This document shows, piece by piece, positions 9,832 through 19,604 of a DNA stretch of 64,000 nt (position 1 is the first letter of the stretch; every line of letters starts with the position of its first letter). The position numbers were made by a program, and so were the translations under genes. The stretch is from Polyangiaceae bacterium (GTDB lineage: Bacteria; Myxococcota_A; Polyangia; Polyangiales; Polyangiaceae), in contig JBGANF010000022.1 of NCBI GenBank assembly GCA_044222475.1, forward strand, positions 16,134 through 80,133, in the 5' to 3' direction. The notes under the pieces are model-generated. The model saw only the letters and a program-made list of their open reading frames with translations. It ran no database searches and was not told the origin of the DNA.

Positions 9832-10854
9832 TCAGAGGTAGCGGCCGCTGCGAAGCACCGGCACGCCTTCGACGTCGAGGTTGCCCGAGGAACCGTTCAC
9901 GCAGAACGACTTCACCGTCGTCCACGACGCGCCGGTCACCTTCTGGTTCGTCCAACCGAAGACCAGCTGAACGCCGGGGATGCAAGCGTCGATCATCCCT
10001 TCGCCCATCGGCGCCGAGAGACCCGGGTTCGTTCCGACGACGATGTGCCCCACGTGATCGAGCTTCTCCTCGCTCGCGATGAGCTCGCGCACCTCGGCCT
10101 CGACCTTGGCGTCCGCGCACGTCACCTCTCGAACGACCCCGTTCTCGAGCGTGAACCGTATCGGCCTGCTCCGCAGGTCGGCGCTGCCGTCGAACGCGAG
10201 GTTGCTCGACGCGTTCGCGACGAACACGCCGTCTACGGCCTCGGGGAGAGCGTTGAGCTGGCCGCCGGGCAGGTTGAGCCACTTGCCCGGCCGAATGAGC
10301 TCCCCGCGCTCGATCCAGCGGGCGTCCGGCGACATGCGGATGTCGATCGCGGTACCCGCCGGCGTCGTGTAGCGCAGCTTCGTCTTCCCGGTGAGCTTCA
10401 GGTATGCGGCGCGCGTCATGTCGGCGACGCGCGACGACTCAGCGGCGAAACCCGCGATGAACCCCGCTCGCGTGATGCCGATGATGTGCGCGTGGCGAAT
10501 GCCGAGGTGCTCCACCGCCTCGACGAAGGCGCGCCGAAGCGGTGGCGAATGCTCCGCCCCGACGAGCACGACGCTGGCCTGCACGTGGGCGAGGGTGGGC
10601 TCGACGAACTCGGCGAGGCGGCCGTCGGGCGGGAGCGAGAGCTCCTCGAGGACGAGCAGCGTCGCCTTCGCGCCGATCGCCTCCGCCGCGGCGATCAGCG
10701 CGCCGCCCAGCGACCTGCGCGACTTGTCGGCGAGGACGACGACGCTCTCGCCTGCGACCACGCCGAGTGCGCCGCCGATGATGCGCGTCGCCGGTCCGAC
10801 GAGCTCGAGCTGATCGGGCTTCAGCGTCTGGGAGAATCGGCGGTTCTCGGCCAC
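9832..10854 (-). CDS. M29 aminopeptidase-fold protein with degenerate metal site
   Basis: TPAGT, NLPGGQ, VDGVFV, GTNP pattern of aminopeptidase T/M29; metal ligands substituted. Confidence 0.75.
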   Translation of the reverse strand: MAENRRFSQTLKPDQLELVGPATRIIGGALGVVAGESVVVLADKSRRSLGGALIAAAEAIGAKATLLVLEELSLPPDGRLAEFVEPTLAHVQASVVLVGAEHSPPLRRAFVEAVEHLGIRHAHIIGITRAGFIAGFAAESSRVADMTRAAYLKLTGKTKLRYTTPAGTAIDIRMSPDARWIERGELIRPGKWLNLPGGQLNALPEAVDGVFVANASSNLAFDGSADLRSRPIRFTLENGVVREVTCADAKVEAEVRELIASEEKLDHVGHIVVGTNPGLSAPMGEGMIDACIPGVQLVFGWTNQKVTGASWTTVKSFCVNGSSGNLDVEGVPVLRSGRYL

Positions 10855-10882
10855 GGCGCGAAGATACCACGCACAGAGGGGG

Positions 10883-11395
10883 TCAGGTCGAGGGCGGCTC
10901 GCCGTCGTGTGTCAGGCGCGTGACGAGCTCGGCGTGGGCTGGAAACGCGGCGAGGAGGGCGGCGCGGTCCGGCATCTCGAAGTCGGCGAACTCGAACCCG
11001 GGCGAGACCGTGCAGCCGACGAGGGCATAGTCGTCCCCTTTTGGTACAGCGGCCTGCCACAGGCCGGCCTTCACGACGAACTGCGGCTTCTGGCCGGCGG
11101 CGAGGTCCTTCCCGATGACGTGAACGGCGTGCTCGCCGGCGTCGGTGAGCGTGTGGATCTCGACCGGGTCGCCCTCGAGGTGGTGCCACGCCTCGGCCTG
11201 GGCGACGCGGTGCAGCGCCGAGAACGTCTTCGACGGCAGCAGGAAATGGATCAGCGTGAACATCGGCCGCATCTGACCGTGGCGCGGATGCTTGACCCAA
11301 TCGGGGTCGCGGTAGACCTCGGCGAAGAGCCCACCCTCGGGGTGGGGCTGCAGGCGAAGGGCGGCGATGAGCTCGCGGACTCGGGGGCTGGGCAT
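10883..11395 (-). CDS. Cupin superfamily protein (DUF985)
   Basis: LQPHPEGG, SALHRV, EAWH, GCTVSPGFEFADFE. Confidence 0.9.
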   Translation of the reverse strand: MPSPRVRELIAALRLQPHPEGGLFAEVYRDPDWVKHPRHGQMRPMFTLIHFLLPSKTFSALHRVAQAEAWHHLEGDPVEIHTLTDAGEHAVHVIGKDLAAGQKPQFVVKAGLWQAAVPKGDDYALVGCTVSPGFEFADFEMPDRAALLAAFPAHAELVTRLTHDGEPPST

Positions 11396-11398
11396 CCG

Positions 11399-13996
11399 CT
11401 ACTTTGCCTTCACGAACACGAACTCGCCGTCCTTGACGTCGACTTTGACGATGCTCCCGGGTGCGTAGCCGCCGGCCAGGATCTCCTCCGCGAGAGGGTC
11501 CTGCACTTTCTTCAGGATCGAGCGCTTGAGCGGACGCGCACCGAACGCGGGCTCGTAGGAGAGCTCGACGAGCTGGGTCTTGGCTTGCTCGGTCAAGTCG
11601 AGCTTGAGCTCGCGATCGGCGAGCAGCTTCTCGAGCCGCCGAAGTTGGATGTCGACGATCCCTCGAAGATCAGGCTTCGAGAGCGGCCGGAAGATGATGA
11701 CGTCGTCGATGCGGTTCAAGAACTCGGGTCGCAGGAAGTTCTTGAGCTCCTCGCGCAGGACGTCGCGCAGCGCGTCTCGACCGTCGGCCGTCTCGAAGAG
11801 CTTCGGATCGGTGTCGAGGATGCGACCCGAGCCGATGTTCGACGTCATGATGACGACGGTGTTCGAGAAGTCCGCCGTTCGACCGCGGCCGTCGGTCAGT
11901 CGCCCGTCGTCGAGGACCTGCAGGAGCAGGTTGAACACGTCGGCGTGCGCCTTCTCCACCTCGTCGAACAGGAGGACGCTGTAGGGGCGCCGCCGCACGG
12001 CCTCGGTGAGGAAGCCGCCTTCTTCGCTGTCGACGTAGCCCGGCGGCGCCCCGACGAGGCGCTGGGCCATGTGCTTCTCCATGAACTCGCTCATGTCGAG
12101 GCGGGTCATCGACTGTTCGTCGTCGAAGAGGAACTCGGCGAGGGCCTTCGCGAGCTCGGTCTTGCCGACGCCGCTGGGGCCGAGGAACAAGAACGACCCG
12201 ATGGGCTTGCCCGGATCGCGCAACCCGACGCGTCCGCGCCGCGTCGCTCGAGACACGGCGCGCACGGCCTCGTCCTGACCGACGACGCGCTTCGCGAGCC
12301 GCTCTTCCATCTTGAGGAGCTTGTCGGCCTCGCTCTCGAGCATCTTGGCCACCGGGACGCCGGTCCAGTCGCCGAGCACCTGCGCGACGTCGTCCTCGCC
12401 GACGATGTTCGACGCCACCGGGGTGCCTTGCTTCGCGACCGCGGCCTCCGCGGCCTCGAGCTTCTTCTTCACCTCGGGGATGGTCACGTGCTCGAGCTCA
12501 CCGAGCCGCGCGAAGTTCTGCGCCTTGCGCGCCTCCTCGAGCTCCTTCAGCAATTTGTTGTATTCTGCACGGGCTGCGGAGTGGGCCTTCACGACCGAGG
12601 AGCGGGCCTCGATCTTGGTGCGCATCTCGGTCACCTCGGGCCGGAGCTTCTCGATCTCGGCGTCGAGCTTGCCGAGCGTCTTCTTGCTCATCGCGTCTTC
12701 GTCGTCCTTGAGCGACGCGCGCTGCGCTTCGAGCGAGGACAGCCGGCGGATTGCCACGTCGACCGCGGCCGGCACGCCGTCGATCTCGACGCGCTTCCGC
12801 GCTGCCGCCTCGTCCAGGAGATCGATCGCCGGATCGGGCAGCACGCGGTCTTGCACGTAGCGTTTCGCGAGCCGCACCGCCGCGGTGATCGCCGGGTCGC
12901 CGATCCGCACGTCGTGCTTCTCCTCGTAGCGCGAGGCGACCCCGCGAAGGATCTCGACGGCTTGATCCGGCGTCGGGGGATCGACGGTGAGGATCGTGAA
13001 CTGCCGCAGGAGCGCCGGATCGCGCTCGGTCATCTTCCGAAGCCCGTCGGGGGTCGTCGTGGCGAGGAGGCGGATTTCGCCGCGTGTGAGGAGCGGCTTC
13101 AGGAGATCGGGCACGCTCGCGCCGGCGTTTCCTTGTCCGAACAGAGAGTCGATCCCGTTGATGTAGAGCAGCGTCTCTCGCGAGCCCGGGACGTTCTTCA
13201 CCCCCGAAAGAGCTTGCTTGAGCCGCTCCTCGACCTCGCCCCGGAGCTTCGCGCCGGCGACCAGGCTCCCGACCTCGAGCTCCATGATCGCGAGCGTCGA
13301 GAGGTTCGCCGGCACTTCGCCGGCGGCGATGCGGCTCGCGAGCGAGAACACGATGCTCTTCTTCCCGACGCCCGGCTCACCGACGAGCAGCGGGTGGTTC
13401 TTGTGCCTACGCTCGAGCACCTGCAGCAGCCGGCGGACCTCGGTCCCGCGACCGATCACGGGATCGCCGTCGCTCGTGCGCGCCCGCTCGACGAGGTCCT
13501 GCATGTTCTTGAGCGCGGGATCGGAAGACGCTCCGCTCGCGGTCGGCGCCTCGCGAGGCACGCTCTTGAGCGCGGCCATGTGAGGACGGAGCGATCCCGG
13601 TCCGAGCGCAAAGGCCTGGAGCACGACCGCCGCCGGCCCGCGGATCTCCTGCGCGAGCGCGTTGAGCAAGTGCTCGACCTGGACGTTGCCACCGCTCGAC
13701 TCGCGCTCCGCGCGGCCGAGGAGATCGAGCATCGCGTTCGAGAGGTAGGCGAGACCGCCCGCAGACTTTCCCAGCCGCGAGAGCGCGCCTTCTGCCTCGT
13801 TGGCCACGTCGCGCGGATCGGCGCCGGCTTTCTTGAACACCTCGGCGACGCCGCGGTCACGGTCGATCGATCGCGCGAGGAGGTGGATGGGCTCCACCTG
13901 CGCGTGCTTGCGTTCGTCGGCCAGGGCCTGAGCGCCAGCGACCAGGGCCTTCGCGTCGGGTGCGTACTTGTCGAGCTGGATCGTCTGTTCGGGCAT
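11399..13996 (-). CDS. ClpB-like Hsp100 AAA+ chaperone (NBD1 degenerate)
   Basis: Clp N-domain, NBD1, M-domain coiled coil, NBD2 (GPSGVGKT, GAPPGYV, LLFDEVEK, GARPL); no obvious IGF loop. Confidence 0.92.
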   Translation of the reverse strand: MPEQTIQLDKYAPDAKALVAGAQALADERKHAQVEPIHLLARSIDRDRGVAEVFKKAGADPRDVANEAEGALSRLGKSAGGLAYLSNAMLDLLGRAERESSGGNVQVEHLLNALAQEIRGPAAVVLQAFALGPGSLRPHMAALKSVPREAPTASGASSDPALKNMQDLVERARTSDGDPVIGRGTEVRRLLQVLERRHKNHPLLVGEPGVGKKSIVFSLASRIAAGEVPANLSTLAIMELEVGSLVAGAKLRGEVEERLKQALSGVKNVPGSRETLLYINGIDSLFGQGNAGASVPDLLKPLLTRGEIRLLATTTPDGLRKMTERDPALLRQFTILTVDPPTPDQAVEILRGVASRYEEKHDVRIGDPAITAAVRLAKRYVQDRVLPDPAIDLLDEAAARKRVEIDGVPAAVDVAIRRLSSLEAQRASLKDDEDAMSKKTLGKLDAEIEKLRPEVTEMRTKIEARSSVVKAHSAARAEYNKLLKELEEARKAQNFARLGELEHVTIPEVKKKLEAAEAAVAKQGTPVASNIVGEDDVAQVLGDWTGVPVAKMLESEADKLLKMEERLAKRVVGQDEAVRAVSRATRRGRVGLRDPGKPIGSFLFLGPSGVGKTELAKALAEFLFDDEQSMTRLDMSEFMEKHMAQRLVGAPPGYVDSEEGGFLTEAVRRRPYSVLLFDEVEKAHADVFNLLLQVLDDGRLTDGRGRTADFSNTVVIMTSNIGSGRILDTDPKLFETADGRDALRDVLREELKNFLRPEFLNRIDDVIIFRPLSKPDLRGIVDIQLRRLEKLLADRELKLDLTEQAKTQLVELSYEPAFGARPLKRSILKKVQDPLAEEILAGGYAPGSIVKVDVKDGEFVFVKAK

Positions 13997-14058
13997 CGGG
14001 GAGGGGCCAGCGTACCCCCACTTGCAAAGCACCGGAAGGGATGCACCTTATTCCGAGC

Positions 14059-14334
14059 ATGGCCCCCGTCGTTCAGGTCTACACCACCGACTATTGCCCC
14101 TATTGCGACCGGGCGAAGGCGCTCCTCCAGAAGCGCGGCATCGAGTACGAGGAGATCGACGTGTCGGGCGACGATGCGAAGCGCCAGTGGCTCGTCAAGA
14201 CGACCGGCCGCCGCACGGTGCCGCAGATCTTCATCCACGGCGAGCCGGTCGGCGGTAGCGACGAGCTGCACGAGCTCGACCGCAAGGGCGAGCTCGCGAA
14301 GAAGATCCAAGCGGGCCCACCCGCGCTGTTCTAG
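14059..14334 (+). CDS. grxC: Glutaredoxin 3
   Basis: CPYC, TVPQIFI, GG.D. Confidence 0.93.
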   Translation: MAPVVQVYTTDYCPYCDRAKALLQKRGIEYEEIDVSGDDAKRQWLVKTTGRRTVPQIFIHGEPVGGSDELHELDRKGELAKKIQAGPPALF

Positions 14335-14393
14335 GTTCCTGGTTTGCAGCGCGCTTGAGTGAGCTCGCGCCCGCCTGCTAACGTGCGCAGTCG

Positions 14394-15113
14394 ATGAGGT
14401 TTTCCACGGTCGCGCGGGGGCTCGCGGTCAGCCTGCTCGGCGCGATCGTCCTCGGCGCGTGCACGAAGCCCAAAGAGGGCGACGCGTGCAAGCCCGAGGG
14501 CAAGCAAGTCTGCACCGGGAAAGACTCGTCTCTCGTGTGCGTCGATGCGAAGTGGGTCGCCCTCCCGTGCCGCGGGGCCGCGGGGTGCTCCGGCACCGGC
14601 GACGCGGTCGAGTGCGCGAACAACGGCTACCTCTCCGGTGAGCCTTGCAGCATCGCCGAAGACGATCACGAGTGCAGCGTCGATCACAAATCGCAGCTCA
14701 AGTGCGACGGGAAGAAGTGGAAGACCGTCGACAAGTGCCTCGGACCGAAGGCCTGCACGACCAGCGCGAGCGAGGTCCATTGCGACGACACGCTCACCGA
14801 GATCGGGAGCGACTGCTCCAACGAGGGCTCGTACTCCTGCAGCGTCGACGCGAAGGAGCTCCATCAGTGCAAGAGCGGGCGCGTCGTCCTCGACTCGTCC
14901 TGTCGCGGGGCCGACGGCTGCAAGCCCAAGGGGGACAAGATGCGCTGCGACACGACGATCGCCCAGCCCGGGGACAGCTGCGAAGACGATGAAGCCCAGG
15001 CTTGCAGCGTGGACATGAAGCAGCTCTTGGCCTGCAAGGGGAAGAAGATGACCCTCGGCGAGAAGTGCAAGAAGGCCTGCGTCGTCTCCGGCGAAACGGT
15101 AAGCTGCAACTGA
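14394..15113 (+). CDS. Cys-rich repeat lipoprotein
   Basis: Lipobox LGAC; repeated C..C.G..GC modules. Confidence 0.8.
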   Translation: MRFSTVARGLAVSLLGAIVLGACTKPKEGDACKPEGKQVCTGKDSSLVCVDAKWVALPCRGAAGCSGTGDAVECANNGYLSGEPCSIAEDDHECSVDHKSQLKCDGKKWKTVDKCLGPKACTTSASEVHCDDTLTEIGSDCSNEGSYSCSVDAKELHQCKSGRVVLDSSCRGADGCKPKGDKMRCDTTIAQPGDSCEDDEAQACSVDMKQLLACKGKKMTLGEKCKKACVVSGETVSCN

Positions 15114-15118
15114 CTGAC

Positions 15119-16363
15119 ATGGCGGGATTGGGTGGGCGAAAGAAGCTCGCGTTCGTCCTCGCTGGCGGCGCAGCGCGCGGCGCGTACGAGGTCGGCGTCG
15201 TTCAATACGTCATCGAAGACGTGGCGCGCGCGCTGAAGCGCCCGATCGCGCCGGACATCCTCTGCGGCACCTCGGTCGGCGCGCTCAACGCGTGCGGCAT
15301 CGCGGCCTTCGCCGACGAAGGTCCCAACTCGGTACGTCGCATGCTCGACGTCTGGAGCTCTCTCGACGTCCGTGCCCTCGTCGGTCCCGACGTTCGCGGC
15401 ATCCTCGCCATGGGCACGCGCTTGCTCGGACGCGCGGCGACCCCGACCGACGTGCCCTCGCGGGAAGGCGGACTGCTCGACCCGACCGGGCTCGAACGGC
15501 TCATCGACGCGCAGATCCCGTTCGGCCGCATCTCGGAGAACCTGCGCCGCGGCCACCTCGATGCGCTCGCCGTCTCGACTACTCACGTCTCGAGTGGTCG
15601 CACGATCGTGTTCGTCCAGCGCGCGGCTGGTGGCCTGCCGCCATGGAGCCTCGATCCCACGATCGAGCCCCGCGCGGCCACGATTCGCCTCGAGCACGCG
15701 CTCGCGTCGGCCGCGATCCCGATTCTGTTCCGCGCGGTGAAGATCGAAGGGGAGTTCCACTGCGACGGGGGCCTCCGTCAGAACGTGCCGCTCTCGCCGG
15801 CGCGGCGCCTCGGCGCAGACAGCGTGCTCGTCATCAACCCGCGTTACCTCTCCAGCGGTCCGCTCGCCGAGCCGACGCTCGCCGCAGACGACCTCTTCCC
15901 CGGTCCACTCTTCCTCCTCGGAAAGACCCTCAACGCGCTTCTCCTCGACCGCATCGACACCGACCTCTCGCGCGTGGAGGCGATCAACAAGATCCTCGCC
16001 GCCGGAGAGAGGGCGTACGGACCGGACTTCGTCGATCAGATCAACGGCGAGCTCGGATTCCCCGCTGGGTCGGGGCGGGGGCTCCGCCCCATGCAGACGC
16101 TCCTCGTGCGGGCCTCCGAGGACATCGGGAAGCACGCGGCCGAGTACGTGCGGTCGAGCGCGTTCTCCCATGTCGACGGGGTCACCGGCCGGCTGTTCCG
16201 GCGCCTCGCCGATCGGGATGCCCAGAGCGAGTCGGACCTACTCTCCTACGTGCTCTTCGATGGGCGCTTTGCGCGGAGGTTGATCGACCTCGGCCGGAGC
16301 GACGCGCGGCGTCGCCATGACGAGCTCGTGGCCTTCTTCGAGCGGCTGGAGCTCACCTCGTGA
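15119..16363 (+). CDS. Patatin-like phospholipase
   Basis: GGAARG, GTSVG nucleophile elbow, ASAAIP, DGG. Confidence 0.92.
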   Translation: MAGLGGRKKLAFVLAGGAARGAYEVGVVQYVIEDVARALKRPIAPDILCGTSVGALNACGIAAFADEGPNSVRRMLDVWSSLDVRALVGPDVRGILAMGTRLLGRAATPTDVPSREGGLLDPTGLERLIDAQIPFGRISENLRRGHLDALAVSTTHVSSGRTIVFVQRAAGGLPPWSLDPTIEPRAATIRLEHALASAAIPILFRAVKIEGEFHCDGGLRQNVPLSPARRLGADSVLVINPRYLSSGPLAEPTLAADDLFPGPLFLLGKTLNALLLDRIDTDLSRVEAINKILAAGERAYGPDFVDQINGELGFPAGSGRGLRPMQTLLVRASEDIGKHAAEYVRSSAFSHVDGVTGRLFRRLADRDAQSESDLLSYVLFDGRFARRLIDLGRSDARRRHDELVAFFERLELTS

Positions 16364-16434
16364 GCTTCGCCTCGTCACCTGATTGTCATGAAGACGACAC
16401 GAACGCGAGACGTTGGGTAAGTAATGGCTTTCCC

Positions 16435-17637
16435 ATGACGAAAGCGTGGCTCTCCGGTGTCGCCGCCGCTGCCATCATGGTCTGCGGCTCCTGTTCTGCC
16501 CTCGCGGAGGAGGGGAAAGAGCACGCCCCCCCCATCAAGCTGAAGGGGAAGTTCGGCGAGGGCATGGGCATCGAGACCGGCGACGGAGCCTTCGGCTTCG
16601 GCGTCAAGGCCCGCATGCAGATCCGGTCGACCGTCGTCGTCCCGGAAAACGGGACGGACGCCTCCGCGGACGTCCAGATTCGGCGCATGCGCGTGACCTT
16701 CGAGGGCTTCGGGTGGAAGAAGCTCGTCACGTTCAAGGTCCAGATCGCGATGGCGAGCCTCGACCTCGATCCGGTCGCGCCCCTCGTCGTTCGAGACGCG
16801 TACGCCAACTTCGCCCTGCACCGCGACTTCGAGATCCGCGCGGGCCAGATGAAGATCCCGTTCGGGCGGCAGCGCGTCGTCTCGTCCGGCTCGCAACAGA
16901 TGGTCGATCGCTCGGTGGTCACCGGCGAGCTCAACCTCGACCGCGACGTCGGCGTGCAGTTCCTGTCGAGCGACTTCCTCGGCCAGCACGGCCTGCTCGG
17001 GTACAACCTCGGCGTCTTCGGCGGCGACGGCCGCGGGCGCGTCTCGGGAGGTTACGGCCTCCTCTATGCGGGCCGCCTCGAGCTCCGCGCGCTCGGTGGG
17101 AAGGAGGCCGTGGAGCTCGACGAGGTCGACTTCTCGCGGTCGAACAAGCCGCGGCTCGCCTTCGGCGTCTCCGGCGCGTTCAACCACCTGACCGATCGCC
17201 AACGCAGCACGATCGGGTCCGTCTACCCCACTGGAACCTGGGTGAGCTACGCCCACGCCGGCCTGGACTGGATCTTCAAGTGGAGCGGCTTGACGATCAC
17301 CGGCGAGTTCTTCCTCCGAAAGGCGCTCGAGGAGCAGAACACCGAGACCGTGGCCGGAAAGTCGGTCACCGACTACTCGCGGTCGGGCTACGGCGCGTTC
17401 TTCCAGGCGGGCAAGCTCTTCGGCCCCCACTTCGAGGTCAGCGGCCGCGTCGGAGCCTTCTATCCGCTGAGCACGCTGGCGGCGGCCGGAAGCCCCCGCG
17501 AGAAGGAGGTCGGCGCCGGCGTCTCCTACTACTTCGACAAACACGCGCTGAAGATCCAGGCCGACTACTTCTACCTCTTCGAGGAGTGGGGCGAGGGCCG
17601 GCACCAGGTCCGCCTCCAGCTGCAGGTCGCACCCTGA
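16435..17637 (+). CDS. Outer-membrane porin (OprO/OprP-like)
   Basis: Signal peptide; IRRMRV, DAY, GQMKIPFG, DRDVG; amphipathic beta strands. Confidence 0.82.
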   Translation: MTKAWLSGVAAAAIMVCGSCSALAEEGKEHAPPIKLKGKFGEGMGIETGDGAFGFGVKARMQIRSTVVVPENGTDASADVQIRRMRVTFEGFGWKKLVTFKVQIAMASLDLDPVAPLVVRDAYANFALHRDFEIRAGQMKIPFGRQRVVSSGSQQMVDRSVVTGELNLDRDVGVQFLSSDFLGQHGLLGYNLGVFGGDGRGRVSGGYGLLYAGRLELRALGGKEAVELDEVDFSRSNKPRLAFGVSGAFNHLTDRQRSTIGSVYPTGTWVSYAHAGLDWIFKWSGLTITGEFFLRKALEEQNTETVAGKSVTDYSRSGYGAFFQAGKLFGPHFEVSGRVGAFYPLSTLAAAGSPREKEVGAGVSYYFDKHALKIQADYFYLFEEWGEGRHQVRLQLQVAP

Positions 17638-17657
17638 CGTGCTACCCCCTTGGGGGG

Positions 17658-18158
17658 ATGCGCCGCGGCCTCGTCGTTCTGCTCTTCGTCATCGCGTGCG
17701 CGCCGCGTGAGGTGCCGATGGAGCGCGTCGTCCTTCCGACGCCTCCGCCGCTCGCCGTTCCGCCCGCCGGGTCGCGCTCGGTCACGACTCCGGTTCGCAA
17801 CCAACCGAACCCGTTTCGAAACGACCAGTACTGGAGCGGGTCCTACGAGTGCGCGCAGGGCGAGACCGACCTCACGATCCACGTCGTCCGGGTCGACGGG
17901 ACGCACGTCGAGGCCGAGTTCGAGTTCGACGTCCCCAACGGGCCGAGCGGCTCGTTTCGCACGGCAGGCAACTACGACCCGGCTCACGCCGAGATTCGAC
18001 TCCACGCCGGCACCTGGATCTCGCAGCCGCCGAACTACGAGGTCGTCGATCTCCACGGCACGGTGAACACCAGCGGTGACTCGATCGAGGGCAAGATCGA
18101 CCACATGGGCTGCAGCGACTTCCGGGTGTCGCTGGAAGGCGACGAAGAGGACTACTAG
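17658..18158 (+). CDS. Hypothetical lipoprotein
   Basis: VIAC lipobox; W.GSYECAQG domain. Confidence 0.72.
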   Translation: MRRGLVVLLFVIACAPREVPMERVVLPTPPPLAVPPAGSRSVTTPVRNQPNPFRNDQYWSGSYECAQGETDLTIHVVRVDGTHVEAEFEFDVPNGPSGSFRTAGNYDPAHAEIRLHAGTWISQPPNYEVVDLHGTVNTSGDSIEGKIDHMGCSDFRVSLEGDEEDY

Positions 18159-18162
18159 CTCT

Positions 18163-19398
18163 TCAGCTCGCGGCGAGCGCCTCGACCAGGCGCGGCACGT
18201 CCCTCTCTGGGACACCGCACAGCGCGACTCGCACCGCGCCCTTCTGCGGCACGACGAAGACCCCGCGCTCGCGCATGGCCTTCGCCTTCGCCTGTCCGTC
18301 GTCGGTGAACACGGTGACGAAGAACCCGCCCTCGTAGCGGGGATAGCGAAGTCCCGCCTTCCCGGCGTGCAGGTTGAACGCGTCGACCCGGGAGGCCAGC
18401 AGCTTCTTCAGGCCCTCGCGCTCGGTGCGGCAGACGGCGGACAGCTCGGGATCGGTCAACAACCGCGTCACCGCGCGCATCGCGCCGCGGCTGCAGTTCG
18501 ACCACGTGCCGCGGCACGAGTAGCTGAACGCGGCCTCGGTCATCTTCCGCTCTTTGGCGTCCGGCACGCACGCCACGATCGCCCCCACGCGGAGCCCGTA
18601 GTGGGTGAACGACTTCGAACCGCTCCACGCGAAGAGGACGCCCACGTGATCGACGAGCTCTTCGACCCGAGCGAGGTGCTTTCGCGGGTCGCTCGCGGCG
18701 TACGCCGCGTACGCCACGTCGAGCAGGACCGTCACCGGAGCGCGCTCGCCGTGCTTCTTGATGCAGGCCGCGACCTCGGACCACTCGCCGCCGCTCATCG
18801 AGTAGCCGGTCGGGTTGTGACACGGATCGTTCAGGAACAGGAGCGCGCGACCTTGCGCGGCGAGGAGCTCGCCGAGCGAGCGATCGAGCGCGCCGACGTC
18901 GAGCCCTTTCACGCCGCCGTGCTCGTCTTTGACGAACATCTCGAACGTCTTCACCTTGCGATCGGCCTCGTCGGCGAGGGTCGCGTAGGGACCCCAGAAG
19001 AAGCTCGTCGTGAGGAGCGACTGACCCGGTTCGATGTAGTTTGCAATCGCGTGGCGCAGCGCGCCCGTGCCCCCGGGCGTCGCCGCAGCCGCCGCGGTCT
19101 CGCGGAGCTTGGGGTGCTGGTCGAACAGGTCCGTGACGACGGCCTTGAGGAAATCGGGGCTCCCCTCGATCGGCGCGTAGGCCGCCCACTCGGCCTCCGG
19201 CACTTCGCGCACGGCGCGGGCGGTGGACGGGAGAACGGCGAGCTTGCCTTCGTCGTCGAGGAGCGCCCCGACGGTCGCGTTGATGATCGACTCGCCGCGA
19301 GCTTTGCGCTCGTTCGCCTCCTTGTTGAGAGCGAAGATCGGATCGTCGGCGGGGCGCGTCTGGTGCGAAGGGATGAGGTGAATCATCTGCCGGGGCAT
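18163..19398 (-). CDS. PLP-dependent aminotransferase class I/II (aspartate/aromatic type)
   Basis: INATVG, PGGTGAL, CHNPTGY, DVAY, SGSKSFTHYGLRVG. Confidence 0.92.
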   Translation of the reverse strand: MPRQMIHLIPSHQTRPADDPIFALNKEANERKARGESIINATVGALLDDEGKLAVLPSTARAVREVPEAEWAAYAPIEGSPDFLKAVVTDLFDQHPKLRETAAAAATPGGTGALRHAIANYIEPGQSLLTTSFFWGPYATLADEADRKVKTFEMFVKDEHGGVKGLDVGALDRSLGELLAAQGRALLFLNDPCHNPTGYSMSGGEWSEVAACIKKHGERAPVTVLLDVAYAAYAASDPRKHLARVEELVDHVGVLFAWSGSKSFTHYGLRVGAIVACVPDAKERKMTEAAFSYSCRGTWSNCSRGAMRAVTRLLTDPELSAVCRTEREGLKKLLASRVDAFNLHAGKAGLRYPRYEGGFFVTVFTDDGQAKAKAMRERGVFVVPQKGAVRVALCGVPERDVPRLVEALAAS

Positions 19399-19574
19399 TA
19401 TCCCGATCTCGACCAAGAAATCGAGCCACGCTTGGGTGACTGAGTGCCGGACGCGGCGCGGCACTTCTGTCAGAATGTCAGGGATGGCTCCGGCGCCGTG
19501 CGTCGGATGTCAGGTTGGCGCGCCGCCTCCGCCGGCGAATCCCATTTTCCCCACGTCTTCCCTGGTTGCCCCAC

Positions 19575-19590
19575 TGGCACGAGCCATGCT
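19575..19590 (+). promoter_or_regulatory. Putative sigma54 (-24/-12) promoter
   Basis: TGGCACGAGCCATGCT with GG-N10-GC spacing, just upstream of ATG 19605. Confidence 0.7.
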
Positions 19591-19604
19591 TTAGGAGTTC
19601 ACGG

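Noticed and set aside
10907..14362. 1151-aa plus-strand ORF, and similar long ORFs at 3515-5689, 36066-38237 and 54329-56245
   Set aside because: Antisense or off-frame shadows of well-supported genes; expected in high-GC DNA; no motifs
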